Assembly: GCA_963720545.1 (NCBI GenBank)
Contig: OY970399.1
Location: 2,912,001-2,976,000, forward strand
Origin: an uncultured Acidobacteriota bacterium
GTDB taxonomy: Bacteria > Acidobacteriota > Vicinamibacteria > Fen-336
Direction: 5' to 3'
DNA: 64,000 nucleotides
In this document: piece by piece, positions 62,340 through 64,000 of the stretch
Numbering within the stretch: the stretch's first letter is position 1
How the letters are laid out: every line of letters starts with the position of its first letter
Program-made: the position numbers and the translations under genes
Notes under the pieces: generated by a model
The model's database searches: none
What the model was told of the DNA's origin: nothing
The model's input: the letters and a program-made list of their open reading frames with translations, nothing else

Positions 62340-62541
62340 ACCGCTCGACCTCGACTCCGGCTTGCCGGTCACGCCGGAAGACGTCGCGGCACTGCGACGA
62401 TTGCGTCAGCCGCCAATGACGAGTGAGCAGTACCTAGCGTTCCTGGCGTCCTTCGGCCATGCGACTTATGAGGAGCTGAAGGCGCGGCCGCTGTTCAAGG
62501 GCGAGCCATTCATCTTGCACGGGCAGGACGACAAGGATTAG
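62314..62541 (+). CDS. small hypothetical protein (75 aa) overlapping the nucleotidyltransferase gene end
   Basis: GGAGGAG RBS at 62303-62309 before TTG; 'LDLD.GLPVTPEDVAALRRLR'. Confidence 0.6.
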   Translation: MKSSSGEPEPLDLDSGLPVTPEDVAALRRLRQPPMTSEQYLAFLASFGHATYEELKARPLFKGEPFILHGQDDKD

Positions 62542-62545
62542 CCGC

Positions 62546-62577
62546 AAAAAAAAGGCCCCAGGTTGCCCCAGGGCCTT
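62546..62577 (-). terminator. intrinsic terminator of TonB-dependent receptor 2
   Basis: Minus-strand RNA AAGGCCCUGGG-GCAA-CCUGGGGCC followed by eight U; GNRA tetraloop. Confidence 0.85.
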
Positions 62578-62601
62578 GCTGACGTCGTTACGGCGTTGCG
62601 C

Positions 62602-63999
62602 CTAGAACTGCAGGCGCAGGCCGAAGCGGAAGACGCGCGGGCTGATCAGCTCGTCGAGCCGGTCGAAGCTGGTCGACGCCACGTTGCGAACCCGGTTGAG
62701 TTCGGTGTTGGAGTTGAGCGCGTTGAACAGGTCGGCGGTGATGACAGCGTTCATGCTGCCGCCGAGCTTCAGGTTCTTCGAGAGCCTGAGGTCCACGTTC
62801 CAGAGGTTCTTGTAGCGGAAGGTGTCGACTTCCGGCACCACCATGATGCGCAGCTGGCCTTCACCGCCCGGAACCGCGCGCTGGGCGACGATCGGCCGCG
62901 GATAACCCTGGCCGCCGAAGATCGCCGTCGACACGTCGAAGCCTGCGGGAAGCTGGTAGAGGGCGCTCGCCGAGAACTGCCACTTGCGCGAGAAGAAGAT
63001 GTCGCCCTTGCCGGAACCGGCGGAGCGAAGTGCGACCTGACCGCCGTCGACCGACGGACCGGCGAAGCCGCCGGCACCGGCGGTGTTGAGGTTGGTGTCG
63101 GTCCTCGTCGGGTTCTGGATCGACTGCGACACGTCGTCGTAGTTCTCGACCCAGTTCATGTAGGACCAGCCGGCGCGCGCCATCCACTTGTTGGAAAGGC
63201 GCTTCACCACGTTGATCTCGACACCGTCGTAGGACCGCGAATAGCCGTCGCGGTTCTCGAGGATGCGGCCGTTGGCGGTGGCGGCGACCTTCGCGGCGTC
63301 TGGCGAATACTGCGTGCCGGTATAGGTCTGGCCGTTGCGCTCGACGGTGAACGGAGTGGCGGTGTAGTCGGCCGTGGTCAGCCCGATGCGCGGGTTCCAG
63401 GACAGGTCGCTCGCCTTGCGGTGCGTGTAGGCCACGCTCACCGCCAGGTTCGCCGCCAGCTCGCGATCGAGGCCGACGATCCACTCGTTGTCGTGGTTGG
63501 CCTTGTACTTGGGATCGATCGTATTCGACGACACCGGGTTGCGCGGATCGCCGGGGCCCGAGTACTGGACGCCCGAAGCCAGGTCGAGCTCGCTCGCCGT
63601 AGCCAGGCCGTCGTTGTTGGTGTCGGTCCAGAGGTAGGCGAGGTAGCCGTAGCCGGTGTTCGGGTTGTCGAAGCTTGGGTCGGTGGACGACAGCTGGCCC
63701 GCGTAGCGCGCGAACGATGCGCGCAGCACGGTCTTGCGGCCCTCGTCGAGCGCGTAGCTGAGGCTGGCGCGCGGCGACAGGTCGTTCCACGTGGCGCCAA
63801 CGCCACTGCCGTCGAAGTCGAGCGCACCGAGGATGTCCGGCAGCGCCGGGTTCGCGGCTGCGGTGCTGGCCTCGTTCTTGCCGACCTGGTGGTCGTAACG
63901 GAAACCGGCATTGAGGGTCATGCGGCCCTTGGTGAACGTGTCGCCCAGGTAGCCGAAGGTGTACTGGTTCTTCACCTTGAAGGCGCGGTCGCGCGTGAC
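62602..63999 (-). CDS. Oar-like TonB-dependent receptor 2 (C-terminal part; 5' end beyond window)
   Basis: Paralog of 58640-61534: 'YLGDTFTKGRMTLNAGFRYD', 'SPRASLSYALD', 'KRLSNKWM', C-terminal 'PRVFRFGLRLQF'. Confidence 0.88.
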   Translation of the reverse strand, partial: VTRDRAFKVKNQYTFGYLGDTFTKGRMTLNAGFRYDHQVGKNEASTAAANPALPDILGALDFDGSGVGATWNDLSPRASLSYALDEGRKTVLRASFARYAGQLSSTDPSFDNPNTGYGYLAYLWTDTNNDGLATASELDLASGVQYSGPGDPRNPVSSNTIDPKYKANHDNEWIVGLDRELAANLAVSVAYTHRKASDLSWNPRIGLTTADYTATPFTVERNGQTYTGTQYSPDAAKVAATANGRILENRDGYSRSYDGVEINVVKRLSNKWMARAGWSYMNWVENYDDVSQSIQNPTRTDTNLNTAGAGGFAGPSVDGGQVALRSAGSGKGDIFFSRKWQFSASALYQLPAGFDVSTAIFGGQGYPRPIVAQRAVPGGEGQLRIMVVPEVDTFRYKNLWNVDLRLSKNLKLGGSMNAVITADLFNALNSNTELNRVRNVASTSFDRLDELISPRVFRFGLRLQF

Positions 64000-64000
64000 A

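Overview
High-GC bacterial chromosomal window. The gene families (Oar-like TonB-dependent receptors, an acidobacterial VWA-related protein, TPR-fused sulfatase-like proteins, a 'QSLGE..KVYTDEDL' secreted protein) suggest Acidobacteriota, probably Vicinamibacteria-like; this assignment is inference. 1-13133 is one tightly coupled his+trp superoperon (hisZGDCBHAF-IE, trpEGDCFBA). Next come DUF1223, a MocR regulator with a divergent membrane protein, an ABC pair, a fused 3-oxoacid CoA-transferase broken by three +1 frameshifts, a thiolase, rho, cca and ilvE. 26609-32736 is a candidate uncharacterised amide-ligase biosynthetic cluster: circularly permuted ATP-grasp, class I GATase-like protein and PGM1-like ATP-grasp, divergent from a homocitrate/isopropylmalate-synthase-like gene. 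Then M14 and M1 peptidases, MFS, acpS, a NAPRTase-like gene with ccdA, tlpA-mrp, two GT-C-like membrane proteins, three Thr-nucleophile sulfatase-like TPR proteins, an L,D-transpeptidase, a VWA protein and two paralogous TonB-dependent receptors, which flank a nucleotidyltransferase plus small-ORF pair (possible toxin-antitoxin). Two intergenic regions between convergent genes (22647-23612 and 42609-43023) share a family of REP-like hairpin repeats and TCCGGA-centred palindromes. Many genes have a -10 box 6-8 bp before the start codon, suggesting leaderless mRNAs. No rRNA, tRNA, CRISPR array or transposase was recognised. All product calls come from motif recognition by eye; no database search was run.
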